Part shown: positions 1 through 9,422 of the stretch, one piece after another
Numbering within the stretch: position 1 is the stretch's first letter
Layout: each line of letters starts with the position of its first letter
Assembly: GCA_036123635.1 (NCBI GenBank)
Contig: JAZADL010000095.1
Coordinates: forward strand, 1 to 53,606
Source of the DNA: Actinomycetota bacterium
Lineage (GTDB): Bacteria; Actinomycetota; Acidimicrobiia; Acidimicrobiales; MedAcidi-G1
Direction: 5' to 3'
DNA: 53,606 nucleotides
Notes under the pieces: generated by a model
Database searches by the model: none
Told to the model about the DNA's origin: nothing
What the model saw: the letters and a program-made list of their open reading frames with translations, nothing else
Position numbers and translations under genes: made by a program

Positions 1-990
1 AATCCCACCCGCCATGCCTACGAGCAGTGCATCGCCAGCCTCGAAGGGGCGACCCACGGTTTCGCATTCGCCAGTGGGTTGGCTGCCGAGGACGTCTTGT
101 TGCGCTATCTCGAACCCGGCGACCACCTCCTGCTCGGTGACGACGCATACGGCGGCACTTTTCGCCTAATCGACAAGGTTCACGGTCGCGGCGGCTTGAA
201 CAGCAGCGCCGTTGACCTGACAGATCCTGAGTCGATTCGCAACGCCTGGACGGCATCGACTCGCATGGTGTGGTTTGAGACACCTACGAATCCGCTACTG
301 ACAATCATCGATATCGAGCAGGTTTGTGCCGTGGTCCACGAACTGGGTGGCCTGGTCGTCGTGGACAACACCTTTGCAACCCCATATCTGCAGCAACCGA
401 TCAGCCTTGGTGCTGACGCTGTCGTGCATTCAGCCACCAAATATCTGGGTGGCCACAGTGACGTTGTCGGTGGAGCGGTAACGACTAGCCACGAGGAGCT
501 AGCCGAACATGTTGGCTTCGCACAGAATGCCGTCGGTGCTGTCGCGGGACCGTTCGATTCGTACCTGGTGCTTCGCGGCATCAAAACTCTCCCTGTCCGC
601 ATGGATCGCCACTGCGAGAACGCAGCGACGATCGTTGATCTACTCATGGGGCATCCCCGGGTCTCGGAGGTGCTCTATCCGGGCCTCGACGACCAGCCGG
701 GCCACGATGTCGCCGTAAGACAAATGTCAGGCTTTGGCGGCATGGTGTCGTTCCGCCTGGCGGGAGGACGGGAGGCGGCCGAGAAACTTGCTATGTCGAC
801 CCGGGTCTTCACGCTCGCCGAGTCCTTGGGTGCAGTCGAGTCGTTGATCGAACACCCCGGGGTCATGACCCACGCATCGGCAGCTGGATCTGCCCTAGAA
901 GTCCCAGACGACCTGATCCGGATATCGGTAGGTATCGAGTCTGTCGACGATCTCGTCGCTGACCTCGACCGCGCTCTAGCCACTGTGTAA
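1..990 (+). CDS. Cys/Met-metabolism PLP-dependent enzyme (cystathionine gamma-synthase/gamma-lyase family), 5'-truncated by window edge
   Basis: Frame 1 is open from nt 1 (NPTRHAYEQCIASLEG...) and continuous with listed ORF 79..990. PLP-lysine motif SATKYLGGHSD and C-terminal LIRISVGIE motif are typical of the family. Confidence 0.9.
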   Translation, partial: NPTRHAYEQCIASLEGATHGFAFASGLAAEDVLLRYLEPGDHLLLGDDAYGGTFRLIDKVHGRGGLNSSAVDLTDPESIRNAWTASTRMVWFETPTNPLLTIIDIEQVCAVVHELGGLVVVDNTFATPYLQQPISLGADAVVHSATKYLGGHSDVVGGAVTTSHEELAEHVGFAQNAVGAVAGPFDSYLVLRGIKTLPVRMDRHCENAATIVDLLMGHPRVSEVLYPGLDDQPGHDVAVRQMSGFGGMVSFRLAGGREAAEKLAMSTRVFTLAESLGAVESLIEHPGVMTHASAAGSALEVPDDLIRISVGIESVDDLVADLDRALATV

Positions 991-1157
991 AGAATCTCCA
1001 GGAAGTGGAGAGTGTGTCGGAGCACCCACGAAGGGGGAGCGGTGAAGCCCCCATTCCGGCACCATGAAACCCCAAGTAGGAATCAAAGAGATCAATGCGG
1101 GTACGGTCGACGTCGGCGGGTCATTCGGACTCGGCGGAACCAAATGTGGAGCCAAAA

Positions 1158-1526
1158 ATGAGAACTGAGAATCTGATTGCGACCACGAACATGCGGGCCA
1201 GGGACATTCAGATGTCAACCCTGCCGTATGTGGCCATTCACGCGGTGGTGCTTCTGTCGATCGTTTTTGGCGGTTCGGGACTGGAGGCCGATGGCGTCAA
1301 GTTGGCGCTCGCGGCGTTTGCCGTATTGGGGTCTCTTTGGTTGACGATGGGTGTCGATGGAGCCATTGCCGACATTGGGGCTTTGGCGAAGGACATGGAC
1401 GAGGAGATGGCGGCCAGTCACATGGGTCAGAATTGGGCAAAGGCGCCCTTTGGGATGTTTCGGGTCATTGGACCTGTCTTTACCGTGCTGCTGCTCATCG
1501 CCGAGTTGATGGCGCTTTACGCCTGA
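1158..1526 (+). CDS. small hypothetical membrane protein
   Basis: ORF 1095..1526. Hydrophobic helices LPYVAIHAVVLLSIVFGG, LALAAFAVLGSLWLTMGV, VIGPVFTVLLLIAELMALY. Start uncertain: ATG at 1095, 1158 (preceded by GGAG), 1191 or 1212. No family recognised. Confidence 0.55.
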   Translation: MRTENLIATTNMRARDIQMSTLPYVAIHAVVLLSIVFGGSGLEADGVKLALAAFAVLGSLWLTMGVDGAIADIGALAKDMDEEMAASHMGQNWAKAPFGMFRVIGPVFTVLLLIAELMALYA

Positions 1527-1568
1527 TCGACGGACAGGCTCCTGGCGGTCACTGTCGAACCGGTGGCC

Positions 1569-2402
1569 TTACCCAATAGCTATTAGGGCGACCGCGAGGC
1601 TTGATCCGCCGAGCCCTAATGCCTGCCACCACCACATTCTCTGGCCTCGTATCGCAACACCAAGGAGCACGGCCACCGCCGCGTACTGCGACCCCACAAC
1701 GCTGACCACGGCGAGGCTCCCCCCTTTGAGAGCCAGAACGAACAGGACCACTGCTGCGATCCCAAATATTCCAGCTCCGAAAGAAGTGATGAAGGCACTG
1801 CGGTCACTCGGAAAGATCCGGGGTCCGGTAGCGCGAGCAACCGAGATGGCAATAAAAAACGCCACGACGCGTTGAAGTAAGAGCGGTGAACCGCCAGCGT
1901 CGTCCCCGATGTAGCTGAGCAGGATCAACAAGATGCCAAAGACGACCCCGGCTAGGCCCGCTATGAAGAGGCCGGCCGAGCCGTTATCAGGTTCTCCACG
2001 CTCGTAGGACGACAACGCGATGGCGACAACGCCCAACGTGAGACCGATTGAGGTGATCGTCGATGGTGAGGTGCCCGAAACGAAAATGTCCCATAGCACC
2101 GGGACGCCAGACATCACCACCGCAGCAGTCGGCGCCGCGGAACGCAACGACCCGCGGGAGTACGCGACAAACAACAACAAAAGACCAACACCGTTGGCGG
2201 CTCCGGCGAGAGCTCCATGTACCAGGTCAGCGGTTGTGGGGTTCCCTGTCCAGAACACGGCAGTAGGTGCCATGACCACAACACCGGCGAAAAGCACGGC
2301 CGAAGTGACTTCGTTGGCTCGCTGTCTCTTAGTAATCCCGGACGCGAAAAAGTCACTCAATGCAATTGAAAATGTTGAGAGCACCGCGTAGATCACCGAC
2401 AC
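1569..2402 (-). CDS. DMT/EamA-family-like integral membrane transporter
   Basis: ORF 1569..2513. Multiple Gly/Ala/Val-rich hydrophobic helices along its whole length, in an EamA-like layout. Start moved to GTG at 2402 because the longer N-terminus is R/C-rich and overlaps the opposite-strand gene at 2439. Confidence 0.7.
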   Translation of the reverse strand: MSVIYAVLSTFSIALSDFFASGITKRQRANEVTSAVLFAGVVVMAPTAVFWTGNPTTADLVHGALAGAANGVGLLLLFVAYSRGSLRSAAPTAAVVMSGVPVLWDIFVSGTSPSTITSIGLTLGVVAIALSSYERGEPDNGSAGLFIAGLAGVVFGILLILLSYIGDDAGGSPLLLQRVVAFFIAISVARATGPRIFPSDRSAFITSFGAGIFGIAAVVLFVLALKGGSLAVVSVVGSQYAAVAVLLGVAIRGQRMWWWQALGLGGSSLAVALIAIG

Positions 2403-2438
2403 AGGGCAGCAGTATGCATTGACAGGCACACTGGAGCG

Positions 2439-2729
2439 GTGAGCCAAACAACCGTCGTGCACAACCAGGTTGACGAATACGACGTCTACATCGGGCGTGC
2501 CGTCCCTGAGCACGGTATCGGCGACAGTAAATGGGGAAACCCATTCGTGATGACTAATGAAAGCGACGCCGAACGCGAGCGTGTCATCAGCGCCTACCGG
2601 AAATGGGTAGTCGCGCAGCCTGAGCTAATGAGCTCACTCGAAGAACTACGGAGCCAAAGACTGGGTTGCTGGTGTGCACCGAAGCCATGTCACGGCGACG
2701 TGTTGGTTGAACTTCTCGATAAGGCTTAG
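2439..2729 (+). CDS. DUF4326-family small protein
   Basis: 96 aa with the family signatures YDVYIGR, KWGNPF and GCWCAPKPCHGDVL. Start may be GTG 2439 or GTG 2457. Confidence 0.75.
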   Translation: MSQTTVVHNQVDEYDVYIGRAVPEHGIGDSKWGNPFVMTNESDAERERVISAYRKWVVAQPELMSSLEELRSQRLGCWCAPKPCHGDVLVELLDKA

Positions 2730-2877
2730 TCGGGCAGCAACCCGTGTGGGACATACAACTCTCAACGAGAGCGTGTCAGATACCAGTAGTTGCGTCTACT
2801 CGTTCGAGTTCCCCTGTCAGGAGAGCCCGGATGGTGCCCCTGCTGGTCCCGACTTGAGAGTCACCTAGCCTTCGTCC

Positions 2878-4092
2878 ATGACTCGTTTGATACTTCACGG
2901 CGGCCAGATCTTTGATGGAACATCGGAAAAGACGTCGACCGGGGACGTGCTGGTCGAGGACGGGCGCATCATCGAGGTGGGTTCCGGACTGGACGGGGAC
3001 GAGATTGTCGACTGCACAGATCGACTGATCACGCCCGGACTGTTTGACTGCCACGTCCACTTCATGGTTGATGGTGACTTCTCTACTAAAGCGCATGCGG
3101 AAACTCCCTTTTCCCTTGGCTTCTTCCAAGCTGCGGAAAGAATGAAACGGACACTCGCAATCGGGATCACCAGCGTTCGCGAGGCAGGTGGGACTGACGC
3201 TGGTGTAAAGGCGGCACGCGAACGGGGCCTAATCCAGGGTCCCCGAATGCAGATCTCCCTAACGATGCTCTCCCAGACCGGCGGACATGCCGACTCATGG
3301 GAGATTTGCGGTGCGCACATGCCCGGGATGACGGACCCCCACCCGGGTCGCCCGCACCCAATCGTCGACAGTCCCGAGGAGATGCGAAAGAAGGTCCGCG
3401 AACTGATTCGTGCCGGCGCCGACGTAATCAAGGTGGCGACATCGGGCGGGGTCCTGTCGCCGCTCTCAAATCCGAAGCATGCCCACTTCCGACCTGACGA
3501 ACTGGATGCGCTCGTGAGTGAGGCAACCGCCGCCGATCGGTTCGTTATGGCTCATGCCCAGGGCACACAGGGAATCAAGAACGCTGTTGCGGCCGGAATC
3601 CGGTCGATAGAACACGGGATCTACCTAGACGACGAAGCCATCGAGATGATGCTCGCTGCAGGGACGTACCTGGTACCCACCCTCATCGCTCCACTCGGAG
3701 TTTTAGACCAGATCGAACGTGGCCTGGAGTTACCCGAAAAGGTCATCGGGATCGCTACCTCGGTAGCCGAGGCCCATCGAGATTCGGTGGAGCGGGCAAT
3801 CGCTGCTGGAGTGAAGGTGGCAATGGGCACCGACACAGGTGTGACGCCTCACGGCGAGAACCTCCGGGAGCTGGCCGAGATGTCCAAGCTGGGAATGTCA
3901 GATGCTCAAGTTCTGCGATCCTCGACATCGGTCGCTGCTGACCTGCTGGGCGTCTCGAACGAGCTCGGCACGGTGGAGGTCGGGAAGATAGCGGATCTAG
4001 TGGTCTGGGAGGGTGGGAGCCTCGATGTGAGCGACATGCGATCCCGTGTCTCGACGGTCATCCAGGGCGGATCGGTCGTCGTCTTCCCCTAG
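2878..4092 (+). CDS. amidohydrolase-superfamily metal-dependent hydrolase (imidazolonepropionase/prolidase-like)
   Basis: 404 aa. N-terminal beta-sandwich (VLVEDGRIIEVG), metal motif DCHVHF, later MAHAQG, IEHG and MGTDTG motifs characteristic of the amidohydrolase fold. Confidence 0.85.
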   Translation: MTRLILHGGQIFDGTSEKTSTGDVLVEDGRIIEVGSGLDGDEIVDCTDRLITPGLFDCHVHFMVDGDFSTKAHAETPFSLGFFQAAERMKRTLAIGITSVREAGGTDAGVKAARERGLIQGPRMQISLTMLSQTGGHADSWEICGAHMPGMTDPHPGRPHPIVDSPEEMRKKVRELIRAGADVIKVATSGGVLSPLSNPKHAHFRPDELDALVSEATAADRFVMAHAQGTQGIKNAVAAGIRSIEHGIYLDDEAIEMMLAAGTYLVPTLIAPLGVLDQIERGLELPEKVIGIATSVAEAHRDSVERAIAAGVKVAMGTDTGVTPHGENLRELAEMSKLGMSDAQVLRSSTSVAADLLGVSNELGTVEVGKIADLVVWEGGSLDVSDMRSRVSTVIQGGSVVVFP

Positions 4093-4150
4093 AGGACGGT
4101 CGCCACTAACGAATCGCCCTGAGCCACCTACGGGTAGAGCTGGAGTCTTC

Positions 4151-5053
4151 ATGTCGCGCTGGTCTGAGAATTTGATGACGGTGTTGGACGGGCGGGCCAC
4201 GACGCTTAAAACCGAACAGGGGCCGATCCAGGTCGCAAGACAAGGCGACGGGCCCAAGGTGATGACCATTCATGGATCACCAGGCGGATTCGATCAAGGA
4301 CTGGTTTGGGCTCGACACCTTCGAGACGGCGGCTGCGAGTTGATCGCTCCGTCACGACCTGGGTACCTCCGGACGCCCCTTGCCTCCGGTCGGAGTCCCG
4401 CCCAACAAGCCGACCTATACGCAGCGATGCTCGACACCCTCCACATCAGCAAGGTGACGGTTCTCGGGATCTCGTCGGGCGGCCCGTCGGCAGTCCACTT
4501 CGCTGCGCGGCATCCCAATAGAACAAGTGCGCTACTTCTTGATGCAGCCGTCCTCCTACCTATCGCTCCAGCGATCAACGCGTTAGAAAGGGCGATCTTT
4601 GAGTCCGCCACCGGGACCTGGCTCTCGTGCCAGATAGCGAAGAGACGGCCGAAACTGGCAGCAACTTTGGTTGTTGACGTGCTATCAGCGGGCCTAACCA
4701 AGGATGAAAAGCGGAACGCAGTGGACTGGATCACATCCAATCCGGCTCGTCTTCACGATGTTGCAGACCTCCCCATCTCTCTCGCACCGAGAAAGTTTCG
4801 GGAACCAGGCCAGAGAAACGATGAATCAAACGAAATCAACCTTGAGCCGCTGCCTTTCGCGAAGATCACGACACCAACACTCATCGCCCAAGGCACCAAC
4901 GACGCTTTCCCTCTCATCGATCATGCAACCCATGCGGCGAACACGATGAATCACGCAGAGTTGATACTCGTCGACGGAGGTCATCACGGGTTGCCCTGGT
5001 GTCGACACGTCAGTGCGGTCGCTCAGAGGCAACTCGAACTCTCGCTCGCCTAG
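4151..5053 (+). CDS. alpha/beta-fold hydrolase
   Basis: ORF 4046..5053. The in-frame ATG at 4151 avoids an R/S-rich extension overlapping the upstream gene. Oxyanion region IHGSPGG, nucleophile elbow GISSGG, C-terminal DGGHHG histidine. Confidence 0.8.
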   Translation: MSRWSENLMTVLDGRATTLKTEQGPIQVARQGDGPKVMTIHGSPGGFDQGLVWARHLRDGGCELIAPSRPGYLRTPLASGRSPAQQADLYAAMLDTLHISKVTVLGISSGGPSAVHFAARHPNRTSALLLDAAVLLPIAPAINALERAIFESATGTWLSCQIAKRRPKLAATLVVDVLSAGLTKDEKRNAVDWITSNPARLHDVADLPISLAPRKFREPGQRNDESNEINLEPLPFAKITTPTLIAQGTNDAFPLIDHATHAANTMNHAELILVDGGHHGLPWCRHVSAVAQRQLELSLA

Positions 5054-5295
5054 CCGGGCTCACCAACTGGAGAGGGTTGGCCGAACTGGGCCCAGACGCG
5101 GAACAACCCCCCGAAGGGGGCTGAACCCGGAGTCTTCCCCGTTTCCGGTTCTTACCCCGAGCGGACCTTCACCGAAGTGTCAACCCGCTGAGATGATTTC
5201 TAGTCGCGGTTCGACGGCAAGCGCAAGTGATTTTTGAAAAATAATTTGTTCCTCGAAGAAATGTGAGACGAGACGCAGAGGCCACTTGCCAGTCG

Positions 5296-5736
5296 TCAGT
5301 AGTTGCCCAAGATGCGCTCGGGGACAACGAAGACCGCCACCCGTTCTTCGTTGGCCATAACCCGGTCATATTCGTCGAAGTCATCGTGGGTGCCGCCTGC
5401 TGCCTGGAACACTTCGCGCATTAGGAGTCGCAGGGCTTCGGCGTCGATCCCGTCCGGCAGGGCGCCGGGTCCTATGAGGTCGGCTGGGCCGGTCACCGAC
5501 CGCCATGTCCAGTCACGACGGATAGCGATGGTCGCTTGGGAACCACGCCGAACATGACTCAGCCGGGCGGCACCAGCAGCCGAGACGAATGCCACACAAG
5601 GGACACCGGTGATGGGATGGTTGATCACCCCGCAGTTGACGACGCTGGACAGGACGCGTCCATCGGCTTGAGTCGTGCTGACTATGGCTAGACCGTTCTC
5701 CTTAGCCAGATAAGCCCTCACCTCTTCGATGTCCAC
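5296..5736 (-). CDS. PPOX-class (pyridoxamine 5'-phosphate oxidase-like) probable F420-dependent enzyme
   Basis: ORF 5296..5874. The in-frame GTG at 5736 gives VDIEEVRAYLAKENGLAIVSTTQADGRVLSSVV..., the typical split-barrel PPOX N-terminus. The upstream 46 aa are R/P-rich and probably not translated. Confidence 0.7.
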   Translation of the reverse strand: MDIEEVRAYLAKENGLAIVSTTQADGRVLSSVVNCGVINHPITGVPCVAFVSAAGAARLSHVRRGSQATIAIRRDWTWRSVTGPADLIGPGALPDGIDAEALRLLMREVFQAAGGTHDDFDEYDRVMANEERVAVFVVPERILGNY

Positions 5737-5943
5737 GAGCCGACGGTAGCTCCGAGGCGACACGGGTCTGAACTGGTTGGGTGTTTCCGTTCGAGGACGA
5801 GCTCTTGGGAAAGGCCAACCACAAGACGCTGTATCCCAGCTGCGCTGAGAACGACCAAGTCCCTCCTCGGGCACTGAGCGCCCCTAGTCGTCTCCCTAGT
5901 TGCCAGATCGGCCACCGCTAGGAGTTAGGCCTACCATCAGTAC

Positions 5944-7197
5944 ATGGTTTTTGAGGGAACAATGAGCGGACGCATGGCTCGTACCACCATTGCTGAGGGG
6001 TTCCACATCCTTCCTGGCATGGGCAACTGTCTGGCTGCCGAGACCGACGCCGGGATGGTGATCGTCGACGGCGGACCGGTTGGGGTGGCCCCCAAGATGA
6101 TCGACCACCTACGTGGAATTACCGATGCCCCTGTCCACGCGATCTGTTACAGCCATGGCCACAACTCGTACAACGCGGGAATGGGAGCCTGGCTAGAGCA
6201 CGCCGCAGACCGAGGGGATCCGCCACCCCGTTTGGTGGCTCACGTCAACCTTTTGTACCGCTACTCCCGCTACCGGGAGACTCACCAGCTCCAAGCCAGG
6301 ATGGCCGCCGTGCAATTCCCGGGCCGCAACGGGGTTCCTATCGCCGCCCTTGATGGTGCATTCCTCCACGTCGATCCCACCGAGACATTCGAAGACCACC
6401 TAGTGCTCGTAGAGGGATCTCGACCTGTGGAGGCCTACTGGGCCCCCTCAGAGACTGACGACGCCCTTGCCCTGTGGTTCCCTGCAGATGGCCTTCTCTA
6501 CGGAGGGCCCGCTACCCCGGCTGACTCCATTCCCAACGTGGGTACTCCTCTGCGTACTCAGAGATTCACCGTCCGGTGGGCCAACACCTTGGACCGGCTA
6601 GCTGCCCTGGGCGCCCAGACCCTGGTTACCGAATTTGGTCCGGTGGTATCCGGCGAAGAGAGGGTGCGAGAACGTCTCACCATGACGGCCGAAGCACTGC
6701 GTTGGCTCCGAACTGAGGTGGTCGAGAGAATGAACCGTGGCATGAGCGAGGCTGAGATTCTTGCCGACGTGTCGTACCCGCCCGAATTGTTTGACCACCC
6801 GTGGATGGCCCCTACCTACGGTTGTGCCGACTACATCGTGCGCGACCTCTACCGAGAAGAAAACGGTTGGTGGGACCGCAACCCCACCACCTTGCATCCA
6901 TCCCCGCCCGACCAGGCGGCTTCCGAGATTCTGTCCGCCCTAGGTGATCCGGCAACTGTGGTGAGCCGGGCCAAGGAACTCGCAGAAGAGGGGCAAACCC
7001 AACTAGCCCTCCACGTAATTGACCTGGTGGCCCTAGCTTCCGGTGACGACCCGGTGGTGGCTGAGGCTCGGGCCGTCAAGGCCGAACTATGTCGAGCGCG
7101 TTCCGACGAGGTGGAACCCTTCGTCTCAAAGTCCTGCTATCGATCATCGGCCCGGCTTCTCGACGAGGGTCACACCTCTTGGCAGGACCTTCCCTGA
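5944..7197 (+). CDS. MBL-fold alkyl/aryl-sulfatase-like protein (SdsA1/BDS1-type MBL plus dimerisation domains, no SCP2 tail)
   Basis: 417 aa. MBL core (MVIVDGGP..., YSHGHNSY at the HxHxDH position). C-terminal helical region ALHVIDLVALASGDDPVVAEARAVKAELCRARSDEV resembles the alkyl-sulfatase dimerisation domain. Confidence 0.65.
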   Translation: MVFEGTMSGRMARTTIAEGFHILPGMGNCLAAETDAGMVIVDGGPVGVAPKMIDHLRGITDAPVHAICYSHGHNSYNAGMGAWLEHAADRGDPPPRLVAHVNLLYRYSRYRETHQLQARMAAVQFPGRNGVPIAALDGAFLHVDPTETFEDHLVLVEGSRPVEAYWAPSETDDALALWFPADGLLYGGPATPADSIPNVGTPLRTQRFTVRWANTLDRLAALGAQTLVTEFGPVVSGEERVRERLTMTAEALRWLRTEVVERMNRGMSEAEILADVSYPPELFDHPWMAPTYGCADYIVRDLYREENGWWDRNPTTLHPSPPDQAASEILSALGDPATVVSRAKELAEEGQTQLALHVIDLVALASGDDPVVAEARAVKAELCRARSDEVEPFVSKSCYRSSARLLDEGHTSWQDLP

Positions 7198-7278
7198 TCG
7201 AAAACGCGTGTTGCAAGGGTTCCAGACTTTTGCAATAGCCGCGACTTCTTCTTTGTCTCGGGTTACGACGTTTCATAC

Positions 7279-8052
7279 CTACGGCGACTCGAAAATGAGG
7301 CTGCAGCAGGTCAGCGCACCTTCTGCTTTAGCCAGTTCGGTGGCCTCCACCGGTTGCACGTCGAAGCCCTCCGCTAGGAGACGTTCCCCGGTTCGTGGAA
7401 AGTCAGATCCGAAGAGAACTGTGTCGCCGACTCGGACGACGTTTGCACCACGGGGCTCCACCGGATCGATAACAACGCAGACCTGGCCGGAAAAGGCGGA
7501 CGGATCTACCCAATCGGGATTGACGAGGAGCGTGTCGTCCGAGACAGGCGTCGCCGATGACTTCAGATGCAGGCAGTCTCTAAAGTCAACGCCTGTCACG
7601 CGATAGCCGTAGCCGGAAACAAATTCCCGCAGCTGTCTTACGGAGTCGACGTTGGTCCGGGTGGAAAGCCCGACATACACGTCCCTGCCGACGACCAAGA
7701 CGTCGCCACCGTCAAGGATCCCCGGTGGCTCGATGCGCTGGATTGGGCGATGGGACTGCAGCGTCGTCTCGATAGACGATCGTTCACCTCGCCGTGACAG
7801 TGCACCCGGCCGTGTGATGATTGCAACCTCGTCAAGTACAACGGCGATGTCCTCCACGAAAACCGAATCGGGGAAATCCGTTTCTTCAGCCAGACGCTCT
7901 ATACGGCAACCGAGGTCAGCGAGCACCTGCTCGTAGCGTGCATGCTGGGTCCTAGCCAGGTCGACGTCGATCGGTTCGCGGTCAAGGTGGGTCAGCTCGC
8001 ATTCGCCGATGTTCGAACTGACACCCCTAGTGACTGCTACTCGAATACCCAC
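7279..8052 (-). CDS. dimethylarginine dimethylaminohydrolase / amidinotransferase-family protein
   Basis: 257 aa. Pentein-fold features: FVEDIAVVLDEVAIITRPG, HLKS, and C-terminal catalytic Cys context GALTCCSLI. GTG start preceded by AAGGAGGTG on the minus strand. Confidence 0.8.
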   Translation of the reverse strand: MGIRVAVTRGVSSNIGECELTHLDREPIDVDLARTQHARYEQVLADLGCRIERLAEETDFPDSVFVEDIAVVLDEVAIITRPGALSRRGERSSIETTLQSHRPIQRIEPPGILDGGDVLVVGRDVYVGLSTRTNVDSVRQLREFVSGYGYRVTGVDFRDCLHLKSSATPVSDDTLLVNPDWVDPSAFSGQVCVVIDPVEPRGANVVRVGDTVLFGSDFPRTGERLLAEGFDVQPVEATELAKAEGALTCCSLIFESP

Positions 8053-8152
8053 CTGCGCACCTCCTTACGGTCCTGAGTCTCGGATCCTTCTGACTGCAAT
8101 CCCTCGATGTTCTCCTAGATGAGACCACCATGTTTCACCCGGACAGCGACCT

Positions 8153-9298
8153 CTATGGTCCGGACTCGCGGAGTTCGGTGGGAAGGGGTCGAGCTAGATG
8201 GGCTGATCCGACAGCAGCCATCGCAGCGAGAAGAAGCGGGAGCCCGTAGCTCCCGACGGCTTCGAACAGCAGACCGGCGCCGATCGGGCCAACGAGGCCC
8301 GCAGTTCCCCAAGCGGTGAACATCCATCCGTAAGCGGCGGGATACCGATCTTCACCAAAGAGTCGATTGACGGCGAACGGGTAGACAGCGATTACCGCGC
8401 CATAGGCAAGGGCAATCCCGGCCACCGCGGCAAGGGCCACCAAGCCGTGACCGGTGAATGCCCCCAGCAGAAGGGCTACGACAGATCCAAGAGGAAGGCC
8501 GACCAGGAACCGTCGCAGCCGGGATCGGTCGGCAACGAGGGCGATCCAGACCCCGCCTACAGCGCAGGTGAAGCCGGCCACCGCGACGGCGACACCGTCT
8601 GGTCCGCCGGCCTCCTGAACGACAGCTGCCGCATGGCCTAGGGCTGTCAGTCCGGCTAGCACGGCCAAGCCGTACGCGGCCCAGAGCCGTCCCACTAGTC
8701 GGCGGTCATCTTCGGACAAGGTCCGGTCGGCGCCACCCGCTGTGGACCGGACCCCTCCGACAAGGAGAGCGGAGATCAAACCAGTCCCAAGGATCAGACA
8801 GGCCAGCAGACGTAAGCCGCCTTCCGGGCCGGCGGCGTCGATACGCGCCTCAAGGGCAACGGCGGCCGTTGCCGCCCCGAGGGCATAAGCCGCGGTAACT
8901 AGACCCAGGGCCCAACCCCGTCGGTCAGGTGTCGCTTCGGCAGACCGCTGAAGAGCGAAGGCGTAGCCGAGTCCGTTAGCACCCCCGAAAACGATTCCGT
9001 AGCCGAGGACTAGGCCAGCGAGAGACGACACCTCAGCAGCCAGCAGGAGACCACCGGCCGCACCGAGAGCGGAAATCGTGGTAATGACCGCTCCAGGAAG
9101 GTGTCGGAATAAGGGGTGGCCGACTAGGACGACCACAGTGAGACTGGCCAGGGCCACTGAGTAGACAGTGCTCATTGCTCCCCGGCCCACACCGAGATCG
9201 GCCTCAAGTGGTATCACAAACAGGCTCCAGGCGTGGATAGTGCCGAGGGATCCGCTCAGTAACACACAACCGGTCAGCGGGCGGACTCCGGAAGGCAC
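8153..9298 (-). CDS. MFS transporter (oxalate/formate-antiporter-like)
   Basis: 381 aa, about 12 hydrophobic helices. N-terminal IHAWSLFVIPLE motif resembles OFA-type MFS proteins. Confidence 0.8.
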   Translation of the reverse strand: MPSGVRPLTGCVLLSGSLGTIHAWSLFVIPLEADLGVGRGAMSTVYSVALASLTVVVLVGHPLFRHLPGAVITTISALGAAGGLLLAAEVSSLAGLVLGYGIVFGGANGLGYAFALQRSAEATPDRRGWALGLVTAAYALGAATAAVALEARIDAAGPEGGLRLLACLILGTGLISALLVGGVRSTAGGADRTLSEDDRRLVGRLWAAYGLAVLAGLTALGHAAAVVQEAGGPDGVAVAVAGFTCAVGGVWIALVADRSRLRRFLVGLPLGSVVALLLGAFTGHGLVALAAVAGIALAYGAVIAVYPFAVNRLFGEDRYPAAYGWMFTAWGTAGLVGPIGAGLLFEAVGSYGLPLLLAAMAAVGSAHLARPLPTELRESGP

Positions 9299-9422
9299 GG
9301 GGGAACGCTAACGGGAGTCCGGACCGCAGCCAGGGAGAGGCTCTGGTCACCGGTCGGGAGTATGTGGTGAGATGGCTATACGGCGGTGACCTCCGTCGAA
9401 CATGGCGGAAGGGGAATAAGCG

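Noticed and set aside
1033-1052. GGGGG-N10-CCCCC hairpin and a roughly 170-nt leader upstream of the small membrane protein, considered as a riboswitch or terminator
   Set aside because: I recognise no riboswitch consensus (no SAM, cobalamin or TPP box features). The hairpin lacks a U-tract.
4046-4150. N-terminal extensions of longest-ORF calls (4046..4150, 5737..5874, 12363..12443, 17972..18085, 20830..20925, 25107..25238, 2403..2513)
   Set aside because: The extensions are R/S/P-rich, overlap the preceding gene or precede the family-typical N-terminus. Internal ATG/GTG starts, often with an RBS-like purine tract, fit better. Exact starts remain uncertain.
5107-5120. G/C hairpin CCCCCCGAAGGGGG (and CCAAC...GTTGG at 5063..5080) as an intrinsic terminator
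   Set aside because: The stem is short, no U-tract follows, and it lies more than 50 nt from the stop codon. It is not strong enough to annotate as a terminator.
7211-7235. TTGCAA...TTGCAA pair between the convergent alkylsulfatase-like and DDAH genes
   Set aside because: It would form only a 6-bp AT-containing stem with a 13-nt loop. This could be chance, so there is no support for a terminator or operator.
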